Assembly: GCA_021775875.1 (NCBI GenBank)
Contig: JAJFHA010000011.1
Span: forward strand, 10,178-74,177
DNA from: Hyphomicrobiales bacterium
GTDB taxonomy: Bacteria > Pseudomonadota > Alphaproteobacteria > Rhizobiales > NORP267
Reading direction: 5' to 3'
Length of the DNA: 64,000 nt
Shown: piece after piece, positions 36,812 to 47,756 of the stretch
How positions within the stretch are numbered: position 1 is the stretch's first letter
Layout: every line of letters begins with the position of its first letter
The notes under the pieces: model-generated
What the model was told of the DNA's origin: nothing
Database searches by the model: none
The model's input: only the letters and a program-made list of their open reading frames with translations
Position numbers and translations under genes: made by a program

Positions 36812-38209
36812 TCAAGAAGTGTCGCCGCCCTTGGGGGCAGGTGCGGTCGCTGCAATCATGGCGACGAGGTCTCCCAGATTGGCAACCTGAGAAACATTCA
36901 AATCCTTTTTGGAATCTTTGGTTTGGCCTTCAGGCATCACCGCGCCAGTGAATCCGAGTTTCCCGGCTTCGCGCAGGCGGGCGTCTGGTTGCGATACTTT
37001 ACGAACCGCGCCCGAGAGCGAAATTTCGCCAAAATAAACATTCTCTGCCGGCAACACAGCGCCGGAAAGGGCTGAAACAATGGCCGCACCAGCAGCAAGG
37101 TCGGCCGCGGGTTCCGTTAGTTTAAAGCCGCCCGCCACGTTGAGGTAAATATCATGGCCGGAAAGGCGGATACCGCAACGTGATTCCAATACAGCTAACA
37201 CCATGGCCAACCGGCTTGAATCCCATCCGACAACGGCCCGGCGCGGAGTGCCAAGGGTGGATTCAGCGACCAGCGCCTGAACCTCTATCAATAGCGGTCG
37301 GCTACCTTCCATCGCTGCAAAAACGGCGGTGCCGGGGCTTTTCGTTTCCCGGTCACCGAGGAACAGGGCGGACGGGTTGGTAACTTCAGCAAGCCCGTCG
37401 CCGGCCATCTCGAAAACACCGATTTCGTCGGTTGGCCCGAACCGGTTTTTCACAGCCCGCAGGATGCGGAATTGATGGGAGCTGTCGCCTTCAAAATACA
37501 AAACAGCGTCCACCATATGCTCGACCACGCGGGGGCCGGCAATCTGGCCGTCTTTGGTGACGTGGCCGACAAAAACAATCGCGGTGCCGCTGCGTTTGGC
37601 GTAGCGGATCAAAGCCTGCGACGAGGCACGAACCTGCGAAACCGTGCCGGGAGCAGAATCTATATTGTTGGTCCACATGGTCTGGATGGAATCGATAACC
37701 GCCAGTTGGACGGATTTCTCCGCGCCAAGCGTTGCGATGATATTCTCAACATTGGTTTCAGCGCCGAGCGCTACGCCTACATCGGACAAGCCAAGGCGTC
37801 TGGCGCGCATCTGCACCTGGGCCGGGGCTTCTTCGCCGGAGATATAAACAATGTTGCCGCCGGTCTTTGCCATCCGTCCGGCAATCTGCAACAGGAGGGT
37901 TGACTTGCCGATCCCCGGATCGCCGCCAACCAATACGGCGGACCCACGCACCAAACCGCCACCAACAACTCGGTCAAATTCTCCAATGCCCGATGAACTG
38001 CGCGGGGCTTCTCCAAGCTCGCTATCAAGCGCAACAAGTTTGACAGGGCGGCCCTTGGACGATTTACCGCTTTGTGGGCCGCCAGCGGCGCCGCTTGCGG
38101 ATTCTTCCGTGATCGAATTCCACTCACCACAAGATTCGCAACGTCCCGACCAGCGGCCATGGACTGTGCCGCAACTCTGGCAAACAAAATTCGCCTGTGC
38201 GTGTGCCAT
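36812..38209 (-). CDS. radA: DNA repair protein RadA
   Basis: It has a zinc finger (CQSCG...CESCGEWN), the Walker A motif GDPGIGKST, the KNRFG motif and a Lon-like C-terminus. Confidence 0.95.
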   Translation of the reverse strand: MAHAQANFVCQSCGTVHGRWSGRCESCGEWNSITEESASGAAGGPQSGKSSKGRPVKLVALDSELGEAPRSSSGIGEFDRVVGGGLVRGSAVLVGGDPGIGKSTLLLQIAGRMAKTGGNIVYISGEEAPAQVQMRARRLGLSDVGVALGAETNVENIIATLGAEKSVQLAVIDSIQTMWTNNIDSAPGTVSQVRASSQALIRYAKRSGTAIVFVGHVTKDGQIAGPRVVEHMVDAVLYFEGDSSHQFRILRAVKNRFGPTDEIGVFEMAGDGLAEVTNPSALFLGDRETKSPGTAVFAAMEGSRPLLIEVQALVAESTLGTPRRAVVGWDSSRLAMVLAVLESRCGIRLSGHDIYLNVAGGFKLTEPAADLAAGAAIVSALSGAVLPAENVYFGEISLSGAVRKVSQPDARLREAGKLGFTGAVMPEGQTKDSKKDLNVSQVANLGDLVAMIAATAPAPKGGDTS

Positions 38210-39366
38210 TATTCTGATGCCTCTTCAAAGATCCGGTACAAGCGTGGGCCAAGCCGGGTCAAAATTTCATAGGCTATCGTATTGCTCCAAAAGGCCACTT
38301 CATCAATCGAAATTGTATCACCGAACAATTCGACCAGGGTGCCACGCGCAACTGCGGTTTCCGGCAGGTCGGTTACATCAATGGCGATCAGGTCCATGGA
38401 AACCCGCCCGACCACAGGCACTCTGGTTTGGCCAATCGCGACGCTGGCATGCGGGGCCTCGCCGCCATTGCCAAGGCTGCGATGATATCCGTCAGCATAG
38501 CCAACCGAGAGAATTGCAAACCGGCTGGGGCGCCTGGCGGTGAAAGTCGCGCCATAACCAACCGTATCACCGGTCGCGACGCGGCGTACCTGGATAACGG
38601 TGCCTTCGAGCCTTGCTACTGGTTTCATCGGATTAGGAATATCGTTGCCTGCCGCGCTGCCATAAAGCGCAATGCCGGGCCTTGCTACATCAAACGTTAT
38701 GTCGGAACGGGCATCATCCTCCCATAAGAGAGATGCCGAATTGGCAAGGCTTGCAGGTATGCCGGGGAATGCAGCGCGGACAATATCAAATCGTTCCATC
38801 TGGATTTTGTTCAGGGGATGATCCGGCTCATCGGCGCAGGCGAAATGGGTCATGATCAGCGCAATATCGAAAACCGGGTTTTTGCAAAATTCACTTCGAA
38901 AAGCGTTGATCTCATCCAGCGAGATGCCAAGCCGGTTCAGCCCGGTATCCACATGCAGCGCAGCGGCGCGGTTTATGCCGTCATTGCGACATAATTCGGC
39001 CCATGCGCGGGCATCCTCCATGCAGCAAATTACTGGTGTCGCGTTGATCTCTGCCAAATGCCCGGCGGCACCGACGGGGATGCCTGCTAACACATAAATC
39101 GTGGCGCTCGGGGCAAGATTTCGGACACAGCGTGCTTCGGCGATCTGCGCCACGAAAAATGTGTCCGCGCCAGCTTCCAGTAACGCGTTGGTGCATTCGG
39201 TGAGGCCCAGACCATAGCCATTCGCTTTGATCACAGCAGCGCAATTGGCGCTACCGGCGTGGCGCGCCAGCAAAAGATAATTATGTTTCAGATTGCCCAG
39301 ATTGACGGTTAGACGTGCGCCCGCCTCTTCCGGGTTCAGGGGTGAGATATCGTCAAGACGCGACAA
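38209..39366 (-). CDS. alr: Alanine racemase
   Basis: It has the PLP-lysine block AVIKANGYGLG and the C-terminal pattern VGYADGY...PVVGRVSMD. Confidence 0.9.
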   Translation of the reverse strand: MSRLDDISPLNPEEAGARLTVNLGNLKHNYLLLARHAGSANCAAVIKANGYGLGLTECTNALLEAGADTFFVAQIAEARCVRNLAPSATIYVLAGIPVGAAGHLAEINATPVICCMEDARAWAELCRNDGINRAAALHVDTGLNRLGISLDEINAFRSEFCKNPVFDIALIMTHFACADEPDHPLNKIQMERFDIVRAAFPGIPASLANSASLLWEDDARSDITFDVARPGIALYGSAAGNDIPNPMKPVARLEGTVIQVRRVATGDTVGYGATFTARRPSRFAILSVGYADGYHRSLGNGGEAPHASVAIGQTRVPVVGRVSMDLIAIDVTDLPETAVARGTLVELFGDTISIDEVAFWSNTIAYEILTRLGPRLYRIFEEASE

Positions 39367-39369
39367 TGG

Positions 39370-40875
39370 TTAGCCCTGACCGCCATGAGGGGGGAGACGT
39401 GAATCCGGCACGTAATTGCCAAATCGGGTGACATCGGCCTGGAATTGCAACTTGATGCTGCCCGTTGGTCCATGCCGCTGCTTGCTGACAATCAGTTCGG
39501 CAAGGCCGTGGACATTCTCCATTTCCGATTGCCATTCGATATGTTCTGCAGTGCCTTCACGAGGTTCCCGGCGCTCGACATAATATTCTTCGCGGTACAC
39601 AAACATCACCACGTCAGCATCCTGCTCGATTGAGCCGGATTCTCGCAGATCAGCTAGTTGTGGGCGCTTGTCATCGCGATTTTCTACCTGCCTTGAAAGC
39701 TGGGATAGAGCGACTATCGGAACATTCAATTCTTTCGCCAATGCCTTCAGGCTGGTGGTGATTTCGGAGACTTCCTGCACCCGGCCTTCGGCGGCGCGTT
39801 TATGGGAGCCGCGCAGTAATTGCAGGTAATCAATCACCAGCAGATCCAGTCCGTGCTCGCGCTTGAGCCGCCGGGCACGCGCAGCAAGCTGGGCGATCGA
39901 AATGCCACCGGTATGGTCGATATAGAGCGGGATCGATTGCAAGTCCCGCGAGACTCCGACAAGGCGTTGAAAATCACCATCATTGATTTTCCCACGCCGG
40001 ATTTGCTCAGAGGGAATCCCGGATTGCTCCGCGATAATACGTGTTGCCAATTGCTCGGCTGACATTTCCAGCGAGAAGAACCCGACAACGCCGCCATTGA
40101 TAGATTCTTTGCTGCCATCAGACTTGATCTCGAATTGATGTGCTCGCGCAATCTCAAAAGCGATATTGGTAGCCAGCGCTGTTTTCCCCATCGAAGGTCG
40201 TCCGGCAATGATGATCAGGTCGGAAGCCTGTAAGCCGCCCATTTTGGAATCAACATCGGTCAACCCGGTCGCAATGCCAGACAATCCGCCATCGCGCTTA
40301 TAGGCTTTACCCGCCATGTCGATGGCATCGGTCAAAGCGTGTTTGAAAGTCAGGAAGCCGCCGCCATAACGGCCCTGTTCGGCGATTTCATAAAGGCGGG
40401 ATTCAGCTTCTTCAATCTGCTTGTCGGGGGAGAGGTCAACCGGTGCATCATAGGCGTTTATAACCAGCTCTTCGCCGATCAGGATCAGATTGCGCCGCGT
40501 CGCCAGATCATAAATCGCCCGGCCATAATCGGCAGCATTTATGATCGTTGTCGCGGATGCCGAGAGCCGCGCCAGATATTGCTGGATGGTGACACCTTCG
40601 GCAATTTCCTCATCTTCAAAAAATGTCTTGAGGGTGATCGGGGAGGCCAGCTTTGTTGAACGGATGATCTGCCCGGCAATATCGTAAATCCGCTGATGCA
40701 CTGGCTCGAAGAAATGCTCGGCTTCCAGAAAGTCCATCACCCGGTCGTAGGCCGCATTGTTCAGCAAAATAGCGCCTAGCAGCGCCTGTTCAGCTTCAAT
40801 ATTATGCGGTGCCTGCCGAAATGGCAGGTCGGTATCCTCTTCGACCTGGGTGGTCGCGTCTACGTATGCATTCAT
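39370..40875 (-). CDS. dnaB: Replicative DNA helicase DnaB
   Basis: PHNIEAEQALLGAIL, GRPSMGKT and SQLSR are present. Confidence 0.95.
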   Translation of the reverse strand: MNAYVDATTQVEEDTDLPFRQAPHNIEAEQALLGAILLNNAAYDRVMDFLEAEHFFEPVHQRIYDIAGQIIRSTKLASPITLKTFFEDEEIAEGVTIQQYLARLSASATTIINAADYGRAIYDLATRRNLILIGEELVINAYDAPVDLSPDKQIEEAESRLYEIAEQGRYGGGFLTFKHALTDAIDMAGKAYKRDGGLSGIATGLTDVDSKMGGLQASDLIIIAGRPSMGKTALATNIAFEIARAHQFEIKSDGSKESINGGVVGFFSLEMSAEQLATRIIAEQSGIPSEQIRRGKINDGDFQRLVGVSRDLQSIPLYIDHTGGISIAQLAARARRLKREHGLDLLVIDYLQLLRGSHKRAAEGRVQEVSEITTSLKALAKELNVPIVALSQLSRQVENRDDKRPQLADLRESGSIEQDADVVMFVYREEYYVERREPREGTAEHIEWQSEMENVHGLAELIVSKQRHGPTGSIKLQFQADVTRFGNYVPDSRLPPHGGQG

Positions 40876-41150
40876 TTTGCCGCTTTGTCCGTCGATTGTG
40901 TTGCCTCGTTCCTCAATCTATCGATACGCCTCGACCGCGCGCAGGTCTATGGGTGCATGTCATTTGTTTTCGTTCTCTGCACCTGAACCCGGACTTGTTA
41001 AGTGTATACACGTCGTCCACAAGACAGCGGGTCAATTTTGCTACGAATCCAAAATTCAGCTTGACCATTTTCAAGGTCGCTCGCGCCGTACAAAATCCTG
41101 ATTCGAGAAACGTAACCCAAGGTTTGGATGGAATTGCGGCAATTGCAGAC

Positions 41151-41179
41151 AAAAAAAGAGCGCCCGGATGAGGCGCTCT
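41151..41179 (-). terminator. Rho-independent terminator downstream of rplI
   Basis: The minus strand reads AGAGCGCC-TCATCCG-GGCGCTCT followed by TTTTTTT. It starts 26 nt after the rplI stop codon. Confidence 0.75.
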
Positions 41180-41204
41180 TTTCAGTCGTTATAATATAGC
41201 GCTG

Positions 41205-41903
41205 TTAGTCAGCGTTTTCGTCTGTCTCTTCAGCTTCGCCAGCGTCTTCGCTGGCTTCAGTTGCTGCCTCTTCTTCAGCAACAACAGCAACTTCTTCTGC
41301 AGCATCATCGGCATCTTCTTCGGAAAGTTCAGCTTCCGCCTCTGCAGCAAGCTCAGCATCTTCAAACACGTCTTCGACCTCTATGCCGTCTTCGTCTTCA
41401 TCGTCAAAATCATCGCGCTGGGTGACATCTTCACCGCGCGCCTGCATTTCAGCTTCTTCTTCACTGCGGGCAACGTTGATTATGATAGTCGAATCCACTT
41501 CCGGATGCAGTGCGACCACCACGTCGGACAGGCCGAGCGTCTTGATCGGGGCGGGGAGATGAATTTGGGTTTTTCTGACTTCAACACCGGCGGCTTTCAG
41601 CAAAGCAGCAATATCGCGGGTTGTGACTGAGCCGTACAATTGTCCGCTGTCACTGGACTGGCGGATTGCGACAAAGCTCATGCCATCAAGCGTGGTGGCC
41701 TGACTTTCCGCATCGGTTTTCTGCACAAGGTTTTTGGCTTCAAGGTCGGAGCGCTGGGATTCAAACTTGGCCAGGTTGGCTTTGTTGGATCTGAGCGCCT
41801 TGCCCTGGGGCAAAAGATAGTTGCGTGCAAATCCAGTTTTAACAGAGACGGTATCGCCCATATTTCCGAGCCTTGCGATCCGCTCCAGCAAAATTACTTC
41901 CAT
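41205..41903 (-). CDS. rplI: 50S ribosomal protein L9 with a long acidic C-terminal extension
   Basis: [36 protein letters not shown] follows AAGGAG (7-nt spacing). About 80 residues of D/E/A-rich tail lie at the C-terminus. Confidence 0.9.
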   Translation of the reverse strand: MEVILLERIARLGNMGDTVSVKTGFARNYLLPQGKALRSNKANLAKFESQRSDLEAKNLVQKTDAESQATTLDGMSFVAIRQSSDSGQLYGSVTTRDIAALLKAAGVEVRKTQIHLPAPIKTLGLSDVVVALHPEVDSTIIINVARSEEEAEMQARGEDVTQRDDFDDEDEDGIEVEDVFEDAELAAEAEAELSEEDADDAAEEVAVVAEEEAATEASEDAGEAEETDENAD

Positions 41904-41946
41904 TGAACTTCTCCTTGGTTTTTCTAATGTCGTATTTGATTTGAAT

Positions 41947-42918
41947 TCATGTTGTGCCGGGGCCGGACTGGCTCCCGCCGCCACCCGCTCTGTCACGGAA
42001 CCTGGCCCATGGCTCCACGATGCCGAGAACGGAAAGTATAATGAGAGGGAATCCGAGCAACATCACACCGCCATAGACAATCGCCAGTAAAATTGGCCGA
42101 CCGGGAAATTTGCGCGTAATCGAATGTAATATCGAGAGGCCGATGACTGCGTGGGCAATGGCCAATGTGCCAAGCAAAATCAGGGATGCCAGCCCGATAA
42201 GGCCCGGCAGCATTGTTCCCAAAATCGCTGGCACCATCGCAATGCCATATCCTTGCGGGAGTGATATTGCTGACAAATCATCCCATGGCCGCGTGAGCTG
42301 GCCGGATAGTGACGCGATTTTTGCGCCGCCATAGAGATTGATCAGGATGATCATGATCCACCCCGCCGCCAGAACGATGGGCAGCAGCAGCGAGAGATAG
42401 TTGAGGAAATTCTCATACATACCCGCATCAAGTTGCGGTCCGTCGCCCTGCAATTCAGATAATTCGCTAAAGCTCTGGAAATGGCTTTGGACAAATATCT
42501 GATAGTCTTCAAGGTTGCTGCTGATTGTCAGAATGCCAACAATTACCAACAATGCTGCCATGACCCCCACTGATGCCACCACATTTCCAAGCGGGTACCA
42601 GGCGCGGTCCTGTGTTCCATCGGCTCCGGCAGTTTCGCGAAATAACAATATCCGGTGACAAAACCAGGCAATCGGCAGGGTGAAGCTAACGGTAAAAACC
42701 GCCGCTAATCGCAGATCAGCAGAGAATGCCACCACAATGGCGCCGGAAATTATACTGGCAATACTGGCGGGCCAGTACCAGACAAATCCGGCAATCGCCA
42801 GGGGCAGGGGCGCGGTATAGAACAGCAATAACGACAGTAATGAGCCATTACCGGCCGCGACGTATAATACGCCCGCAACCAGTCCTGCCAATAATCCTGT
42901 CGCTACAAGTTTTATCAT
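41947..42918 (-). CDS. Polytopic membrane protein (DUF2232-like) between rpsR and rplI
   Basis: It has multiple TM helices. Its position between S18 and L9 is typical of alphaproteobacteria. Confidence 0.7.
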   Translation of the reverse strand: MIKLVATGLLAGLVAGVLYVAAGNGSLLSLLLFYTAPLPLAIAGFVWYWPASIASIISGAIVVAFSADLRLAAVFTVSFTLPIAWFCHRILLFRETAGADGTQDRAWYPLGNVVASVGVMAALLVIVGILTISSNLEDYQIFVQSHFQSFSELSELQGDGPQLDAGMYENFLNYLSLLLPIVLAAGWIMIILINLYGGAKIASLSGQLTRPWDDLSAISLPQGYGIAMVPAILGTMLPGLIGLASLILLGTLAIAHAVIGLSILHSITRKFPGRPILLAIVYGGVMLLGFPLIILSVLGIVEPWARFRDRAGGGGSQSGPGTT

Positions 42919-43050
42919 CGTCCTGCTGTCCCGCTACAAAAGCGGTTAGAGGCAATTCAAAATGGAATTACCTCAACCGGGAGGAGGTGGGTTGCATGGC
43001 CAGAATGTGACCGGCAATCATCCTCTCGTGGAAATTATGGATGTCTGGCC

Positions 43051-43299
43051 TCAGTCGATGACGTAAGGCAGAAGTCCGAGAAAACGTGCCCGCTTGATTG
43101 CTTTTGCCAATTCCCGCTGCTTTTTGTGAGATACGGCGGAAATTCGGCTCGGGACAATCTTGCCGCGCTCGGAAACGTAGCGCAACAAAAGGCGGACATC
43201 TTTATAATCAATCGTTTGCCCGTTATCACCGGAAAATGGGCAAGTCTTGCGGCGCCGGAAAAACGGCCGTCGTGTTGGAAGTTGTGCAATATCAACCAT
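43051..43299 (-). CDS. rpsR: 30S ribosomal protein S18
   Basis: [12 protein letters not shown]...[24 protein letters not shown] is the S18 signature region. Confidence 0.95.
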   Translation of the reverse strand: MVDIAQLPTRRPFFRRRKTCPFSGDNGQTIDYKDVRLLLRYVSERGKIVPSRISAVSHKKQRELAKAIKRARFLGLLPYVID

Positions 43300-43301
43300 G
43301 A

Positions 43302-43757
43302 CTATTCCCTGGCCCCGCTATCTTCACTATTAGTTTCGGTTTTTGCGGCTGGCGGCCCGTCTGAAGGTTTGCCTGGTCCGCGTCCGCCCGGGCGATCATC
43401 GCGACGTCCGCCACCACGGCGATCATCGCGGCTGTCGCGCTTCTGCATCATGACTGATGGGCCTTCTTCAAATTCCTCAACCCGGAGTGTCAGGAAACGA
43501 AGGACATCATCATTCAACCGCATCTGCCGTTCCATTTCAGCAACGGCATCTGGAGTTGCATCAATGTTCAGAAGAGAAAAATGCGCTTTGCGATTTTTCT
43601 TGACCCGGTAGGAGAGAACCTTAAGGCCCCAATATTCAGCTTTCTGGATCGAGCCGCCACCGGCTTCGATCACACCCTTGAACTGGTCTGTAAGGGTCTC
43701 AACCTGCGCACCGGATACATCGGGGCGCATCATCACAACATGTTCGTACAATGGCAT
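43302..43757 (-). CDS. rpsF: 30S ribosomal protein S6
   Basis: [13 protein letters not shown]...[18 protein letters not shown] is S6-like. It has an R/G/D-rich C-terminal tail. Confidence 0.95.
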   Translation of the reverse strand: MPLYEHVVMMRPDVSGAQVETLTDQFKGVIEAGGGSIQKAEYWGLKVLSYRVKKNRKAHFSLLNIDATPDAVAEMERQMRLNDDVLRFLTLRVEEFEEGPSVMMQKRDSRDDRRGGGRRDDRPGGRGPGKPSDGPPAAKTETNSEDSGARE

Positions 43758-44106
43758 AAGCCAGCCTTTCGTTTTCTGTGTTCGGCGCAAAGCCCCAAAT
43801 CAAGCCTGGTAGAAAGGCTCTAAGGGAGACTAGAAAGAGCGGAGACACGGGAAGCCGGAATAGTACCCTTTCGGGAACCATTTCCCGCCAGGATGAAAAT
43901 CCCTGCTGCAATGCAGCCTTCCGTTCAGCCTCCGACCGAACTTTTCAATTGCCGCGTTATACGCAATATTAGCGCTGGATCAAGTAGAAACCATCAGGCA
44001 AAATCGATATTTCTGCGGGTATGTTTAAAGTGCGCTTGACTTTGACCTTACATCCGGTCTTTTTGCGGCGCATCTAAAGCAGGAACCAACTGGAAAACAG
44101 GTAACA

Positions 44107-45057
44107 ATGGCCAACGCATTTACATTTCCGGGACAAGGCAGCCAGCATGTGGGAATGGGCAAGGAACTTGCCGACGCGTTCCCTACGGCACGCGCTGTAT
44201 TTGAAGAAACCGATGAGTCCCTTGGACAAGACCTGTCGCGTTTGATGTTTGAAGGGCCGTTGGATGAATTGACCCTAACTCAAAACACCCAACCTGCACT
44301 TTTAGCCGTCAGCACCGCTATCATGCGGGTTTTGGCAGAGCGTGGCGTGAAATTGCCGGGCTCGGTTGATTACGTAGCTGGTCATTCTCTCGGCGAATAT
44401 TCAGCCCTGACCGCCGCTGGAGCAATTTCTCTGGCTGACGCGGTGCGTCTCGTTCAAACCCGTGGCAAAGCGATGCAACAGGCTGTTCCTGTGGGCGAGG
44501 GTGCTATGGCGGCTTTACTCGGCCTTGATTTTGACGTGGCGCAGGAAATTGCAGCTGAAGCCGCTGAAGGCGAGGTGTGCCAGGCCGCAAACGACAATGC
44601 GCCGGGGCAGGTTGTGGTCAGCGGCGCGGTTGCCGCTGTTGAGCGGGCGATCAAGATTGCTGAAGGAAGAGGCGCAAAACGCGCGATTAAATTGCCGGTA
44701 TCCGCCCCGTTCCATTGCGCCATGATGGCACCAGCCGCCGATATTATGGCAGAAGAATTGGCGCTGGCTGAAATTCACCCGCCACAGGTTCCGGTGATCG
44801 TCAACGTATTGGCAAGCCCCCTGACGGTACCAGCAGATATCCGCACCCAATTGGTGGCCCAGATTACCGGCACGGTACGGTGGCGTGAATCAATTATGTG
44901 GCTGGCGCAAAACGGGGTTGATACAGTCTATGAGATTGGTGCAGGTAAAGTGCTGACAGGTTTGGCCCGGCGCATTGATCGTAGTTTGAATGGCGTCGCC
45001 ATTGGGTCCGCTGAGGACATAGAAAAATACGCCGTCATTTTAGGCAACACAGAATAA
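44107..45057 (+). CDS. fabD: Malonyl-CoA:ACP transacylase
   Basis: FTFPGQGSQ and GHSLGEYSAL are present. Confidence 0.95.
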   Translation: MANAFTFPGQGSQHVGMGKELADAFPTARAVFEETDESLGQDLSRLMFEGPLDELTLTQNTQPALLAVSTAIMRVLAERGVKLPGSVDYVAGHSLGEYSALTAAGAISLADAVRLVQTRGKAMQQAVPVGEGAMAALLGLDFDVAQEIAAEAAEGEVCQAANDNAPGQVVVSGAVAAVERAIKIAEGRGAKRAIKLPVSAPFHCAMMAPAADIMAEELALAEIHPPQVPVIVNVLASPLTVPADIRTQLVAQITGTVRWRESIMWLAQNGVDTVYEIGAGKVLTGLARRIDRSLNGVAIGSAEDIEKYAVILGNTE

Positions 45058-45077
45058 AGTAGAGAAAAGAGCTATAA

Positions 45078-45815
45078 ATGTTTGATCTTTCGGGAAAAAC
45101 GGCTTTGGTAACCGGCGCGACCGGTGGCATCGGTGCGGCCATTGCCACAATCCTGCATAAACAGGGTGCGACGGTCGCGATCTCCGGTACCCGGGAGAAT
45201 GTTCTGAACGACCTCGCGGAAAGCCTGAATGGCCGGGTCCATGTTTTGCCCTGCAACTTGTCCGATGGTAGCGAAGCCGATGGCCTTTCAGGACGCGCTG
45301 AAGAGGCCATGGAAGGGTTGGATATCATCGTCAACAATGCCGGGATCACTAAAGACAATTTGTTTTTCCGCTTTAGCGACGAAGACTGGCAAAGTGTCCT
45401 CGATGTAAATTTGACGGCTGGCTTCAAGGTCATTCGTGGCGGGCTCCGCAATATGATGAAGCGGCGGACTGGCAGAATTATCGGTATCACATCGGTTGTG
45501 GGCGTGACCGGAAATCCGGGACAGGGCAATTACGCCGCCGCCAAAGCCGGCATGATCGGCATGACCAAAGCTCTTGCGATGGAAGTGGCATCCCGCAATA
45601 TTACGGCGAACTGCGTCGCGCCCGGTTTTATCGAAACTGCTATGACGGATTCACTGAATGAGAAGCAGCGTGAAACCGTTCTCTCTCGCGTGCCGGCAAA
45701 AAGGCTCGGAACGGCAGATGAAATTGCCGCAGCTGTGCTCTATCTCGCAAGCGATGAAGCTGCCTATGTGACCGGCCAAACCCTCCACGTGAATGGTGGA
45801 ATGGCGATGATCTAA
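45078..45815 (+). CDS. fabG: 3-oxoacyl-ACP reductase
   Basis: VTGATGGIG, NNAGIT, YAAAKAG and the C-terminal HVNGGMAMI are present. Confidence 0.95.
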   Translation: MFDLSGKTALVTGATGGIGAAIATILHKQGATVAISGTRENVLNDLAESLNGRVHVLPCNLSDGSEADGLSGRAEEAMEGLDIIVNNAGITKDNLFFRFSDEDWQSVLDVNLTAGFKVIRGGLRNMMKRRTGRIIGITSVVGVTGNPGQGNYAAAKAGMIGMTKALAMEVASRNITANCVAPGFIETAMTDSLNEKQRETVLSRVPAKRLGTADEIAAAVLYLASDEAAYVTGQTLHVNGGMAMI

Positions 45816-46109
45816 AGTCGAAGCCCGTTTGTTTTTTCCACTGCTTGTTAGGTGAAGGGAAATGGGAGATAGAGCCGTCTGGTAAAGGGTGATAAAGTAT
45901 GTTACCTACCCCGCCGAACTTACGGCGTCAGTCGGTGAATGCCTTGGTAATCACAGCCTTCTTTGTGACAAGAACGACCACGGGAATAAAGTTGCAAGAG
46001 ATGAGGTGATTTGTTGCCTTGCGGTGATAAATAGGTAATACAGGAAAAAAAGTCAGCCTGGGCACGTTGTGATTCAGGGTATTTATTGTTGGAATCAGGG
46101 AATTAGCAC

Positions 46110-46346
46110 ATGAGCGACGTTGCAGACAGGGTCAAAAAAATCGTCATCGAACATCTTGGCGTAGAAACCGATAAGGTGTCAGAAGCCGCCAGTTTTATCG
46201 ATGATCTTGGCGCAGACAGCCTTGATACCGTAGAGTTGGTAATGGCGTTTGAAGAAGAATTCGGTGTTGAAATTCCTGATGATGCTGCGGAAACTATTTT
46301 GACCGTTGGTGACGCAGTGAAATTCCTCGACAAAGCCACCGGTTAA
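46110..46346 (+). CDS. acpP: Acyl carrier protein
   Basis: [20 protein letters not shown] contains the phosphopantetheine Ser. Confidence 0.97.
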   Translation: MSDVADRVKKIVIEHLGVETDKVSEAASFIDDLGADSLDTVELVMAFEEEFGVEIPDDAAETILTVGDAVKFLDKATG

Positions 46347-46410
46347 CGGTTCCGGCTGTATTGGTCGCGTGAAGCGGGCTATGGCTGTCTATATTGCCGG
46401 AGAATACTAA

Positions 46411-47673
46411 ATGCGACGCGTTGTTGTCACAGGTATCGGAATGGTGTCGCCCCTCGGGACAGGGGTTGAAACTGTTTGGGAACATTTGCTGGCTGGCAAA
46501 TCCGGTGCCGTAAATCCAGACATTGATCTGACAGACGTGGCCAGCAAAGTCGCCTGCGTCATCCCTCGTGGAGATGGCAGCAACGGCACTTTCAATCCGG
46601 ATGACTGGATGGAGCCGAAGGAACAGCGCAAAGTCGACGATTTCATTATTTATGGAATGGCCGCCGCTGAACTGGCGTTGAAGGATGCCAATTGGGCCCC
46701 CCAAACCAGAGAAGACCAGATCGCGACGGGCGTCCTGATCGGATCTGGTATTGGTGGATTGCAGGGTATCGAAAGGGCGGCAAATATTTTGCAGGATCGC
46801 GGCGCGCGCCGCGTCAGTCCGTTTTTTATTCCAGGCCGCCTGATCAATCTGATATCCGGCTATGTGTCTATCCGTCATGGATTGAGAGGCCCGAACCATT
46901 CGGTTGTGACAGCCTGCTCTACAGGCGCACACGCGATCGGCGATGCGGCCCGTCTGGTAGCGCTTGGTGATGCGGATGTGATGGTGGCGGGTGGATCAGA
47001 ATCGCCGATTTGCCGACTTGCCATGGTCGGGTTCAACAACATGCATGCGCTGTCGCGCAACTTCAACGATACCCCGGAAAAGGCTTCAAGGCCCTACGAC
47101 AAAGACCGCGACGGGTTTGTTATGGGCGAAGGCTCTGGTGTTGTCGTTGTCGAAGAACTGGAACACGCCTTGGCGCGCGGGGCCAAAATATACAGTGAAG
47201 TCATCGGTTATGGCCTGTCTGGCGATGCACATCATATCACCTCGCCTGCGCCCGATGGAGATGGGGCCTATCGCTGCATGAGCATGGCTCTGAAGCGGGC
47301 TGAAATTGATGTCAGCGAAATTCAGTATGTGAATGCTCATGGTACGTCTACGCCAATGGGTGACGAGATCGAATTAGGTGCCGTCGAGCGCTTGTTCGGC
47401 GATGCGGCGACAAACGTTTCGATGTCTTCAACAAAATCTGCGATTGGGCATTTGCTGGGTGCAGCTGGTGCGGTGGAAGCTATTTTTTGTCTGATGGCCA
47501 TCCGTGATAATATTGCGCCGCCAACGCTCAATCTTGATAATCCGTCTGTGGAAAGCGTGATAGATATGGTGCCTCACAAGGCACGCAAACGCGAAATCAA
47601 CATTGCATTGAGTAACTCGTTTGGATTTGGTGGCACCAACGCGTCCCTGATTTTCAGGCAATATGACGCCTGA
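46411..47673 (+). CDS. fabF: 3-oxoacyl-ACP synthase II
   Basis: MRRVVVTGIG, the active-site ACSTG, the HGTSTP and GHLLGAAG motifs are present. Confidence 0.95.
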   Translation: MRRVVVTGIGMVSPLGTGVETVWEHLLAGKSGAVNPDIDLTDVASKVACVIPRGDGSNGTFNPDDWMEPKEQRKVDDFIIYGMAAAELALKDANWAPQTREDQIATGVLIGSGIGGLQGIERAANILQDRGARRVSPFFIPGRLINLISGYVSIRHGLRGPNHSVVTACSTGAHAIGDAARLVALGDADVMVAGGSESPICRLAMVGFNNMHALSRNFNDTPEKASRPYDKDRDGFVMGEGSGVVVVEELEHALARGAKIYSEVIGYGLSGDAHHITSPAPDGDGAYRCMSMALKRAEIDVSEIQYVNAHGTSTPMGDEIELGAVERLFGDAATNVSMSSTKSAIGHLLGAAGAVEAIFCLMAIRDNIAPPTLNLDNPSVESVIDMVPHKARKREINIALSNSFGFGGTNASLIFRQYDA

Positions 47674-47756
47674 CCAATTGATTGTTCATGCTTTCGCCAT
47701 TTTGAGTCCGTCTGATAATCGGTGACCTCAAGGCGCGGGAAAACAGGATACCGGAA

